Shown: positions 62,476 to 64,000 of the stretch, piece by piece
Numbering within the stretch: the first letter of the stretch is position 1
How the letters are laid out: every line of letters begins with the position of its first letter
Assembly: GCA_013239625.1 (NCBI GenBank)
Contig: MU054400.1
Coordinates: forward strand, 2,392,282-2,456,281
Length of the DNA stretch: 64,000 bases
Direction: 5' to 3'
From: Lama guanicoe
Taxonomy: Eukaryota
Notes under the pieces: model-generated
What the model saw: the letters and a program-made list of their open reading frames with translations, nothing else
What the model was told of the DNA's origin: nothing
Database searches by the model: none
Translations under genes and position numbers: made by a program

Positions 62476-62909
62476 TGTTACTGAGTCCAAACTCACTCTG
62501 CTCGCTGCACTACAGGCCAATAAATCAGGAGCCGAGGCATTGGGGCAAGGAATGGGAACTTTATTCGGAAAGCTGGCAGACCAAGAGGATGGCAGACTAA
62601 TGTCTTTGAGGACCATCCTCCTCCAGTCAGAATACAGGCTCCTTTTATACAAAAAAGGGGAGAGGGTGTGGTTGGTTGTTGCAAACTTCTTGCTGTGGGA
62701 ATTCTTTGTTCCTGCAGCTGTCCACCTGGGCCAGCTCCTGGTGCTCCTGCAAAAACTCCAACAAAACAAATGTTATTCTCTATTCGGCAACTTGTTATCT
62801 TTATGTGTGTGCAGAGCTAGCAGAGACTAAGCCTAGGAAACAGGGCACAGGGTTAAAGCCAAAGGAACAGATCTAATATGGAGTCAGATTTGTTCTTTTC
62901 TATTATACA
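62476..62909 (-). mobile_element. ERV1-class LTR (MER41-like artiodactyl group)
   Basis: tgttactgagtccaaactc...gggcaaggaatgggaactttattcggaaagctggcagacc...ctattataca; no clean TSD, so the right boundary is uncertain. Confidence 0.7.
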
Positions 62910-63709
62910 ACACCTGAAGTTTCTCAATTCTTTTATACATTTGAAAATTGGGATTCATGTAAACAGAAGTAGTCATATGTGTTGGAGTAAGTTTTGTAGG
63001 TGAAGCTCAATGAGGTGCCCGTCGGGAATAAGAGCCGAGCATTTAGGCAGAAGAATGGCATTTGCAGAATATTTGGCATGAACTTAGGTTTAGGGCTGAT
63101 GTTAACTGGAATATTTCAGTTTGTCATCTTGGGTGTCAGACACCAATCAGCGCTCTGGCCTGATTTGCTCCAGCATGAAGTTTGGACTCAAGCGTCCTTG
63201 CTGGTGACATCCTGCCACCTTGTGGCCAGCTGTGGACTTCAGCATTGTGCAGTGTGCCTTGTCCCCTAAGTGTGCCAAGGCAGAGGATCTTTCCAGCTTT
63301 CCAGCTTTCCAGCTTTCGGGATTCCAAGCACAATCCTGTGGGCTCTGTTCATTGCCTACAGGCACTTCTATCGGTCATCAAATGTTTGTGTTGCATTCCC
63401 TCCGTAAAGGAGAGTCAGTAATCCTTTCATTCCATAAGCTCACATAAGCTCACATAGCTGATGGGATGGCAGAAATAAAGAGAGGTTTAAGTGGTGTAAA
63501 TGTTAATCTGATCTTGGTTCTGCTCCTAAATTCTTGCTTCAGGTAAGCTCCAGATCTGCAGTTGAGAGGCCACGTTCTTCCTGGTTCTGCAGATTAAACT
63601 GCTCATCCTTGGGAAGACCAACTCACCCCTCCATCCTTACCTAACCGTTACAAGGCTTTACCAGGGTCACCGCATGTCTGTTACCGCATACCACGGCACT
63701 CGTCTGTGG

Positions 63710-63790
63710 TAAGTACTATTTTTAATCCTCATTTTATAGATTTACTGAGATTTGGAGACATTAAGTAACTTGTCCAAGGTCGCTCATACA
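63710..63790 (-). mobile_element. MIR fragment
   Basis: atcctcattttataga...ttaagtaacttgtccaaggtc. Confidence 0.65.
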
Positions 63791-64000
63791 AACCTCAGTT
63801 ACAGGAATCCCCACTGTGAACCCCTCTGCCTTGTGTCTGTGAAATGAAGTAAAAACACCTCCTTTACTGCACACAAAGCAGATGTAAGATCAAAGGAGAT
63901 GATAATGCAAATGAAGCCTTTTTTAAATGAGAAAGACCTACCCAGATGTTGGTCGGCATTTCAAAAAATAGTCGTTATTACTATTATTATGCAAGATGTT

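Noticed and set aside
63288..63460. Short tandem repeats (tttccagc x3; cataagctca x2)
   Set aside because: Ordinary slippage repeats with no spacers, not CRISPR-like.

Overview
Mammalian non-coding DNA, intergenic or deep intronic. It is most likely camelid, because five copies of a tRNA-Ala-derived SINE resemble the camelid Vic-1 type. I find no credible protein-coding exon or host gene. The only ORFs with real protein similarity are broken remnants of a Tigger1 transposase and L1 ORF2. Much of the window is interspersed repeat: L1, L2, MIR, SINEs, MaLR/ERVL/ERV1 LTRs, and hAT and Tigger DNA transposons. Family names come from recalled consensus motifs, not a database search. The main unexplained structure is a complex rearrangement at 28.2-38.1 kb with three parts: a near-identical 4.33-kb tandem duplication, an overlapping 0.5-kb tandem duplication of a motif-rich unique segment, and a 185-bp templated insertion copied from inside the first duplication. 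It may be a replication-based (FoSTeS/MMBIR-like) regulatory copy-number variant or an assembly/haplotype artefact. Smaller oddities are a probable SINE 3' transduction, a TSD-flanked orphan insertion, a solo poly(A) insertion, a SINE with an inverted-flank junction, two solo LTRs 16 bp apart, and a multi-layer L1/Tigger1/L1/MLT/SINE nest.
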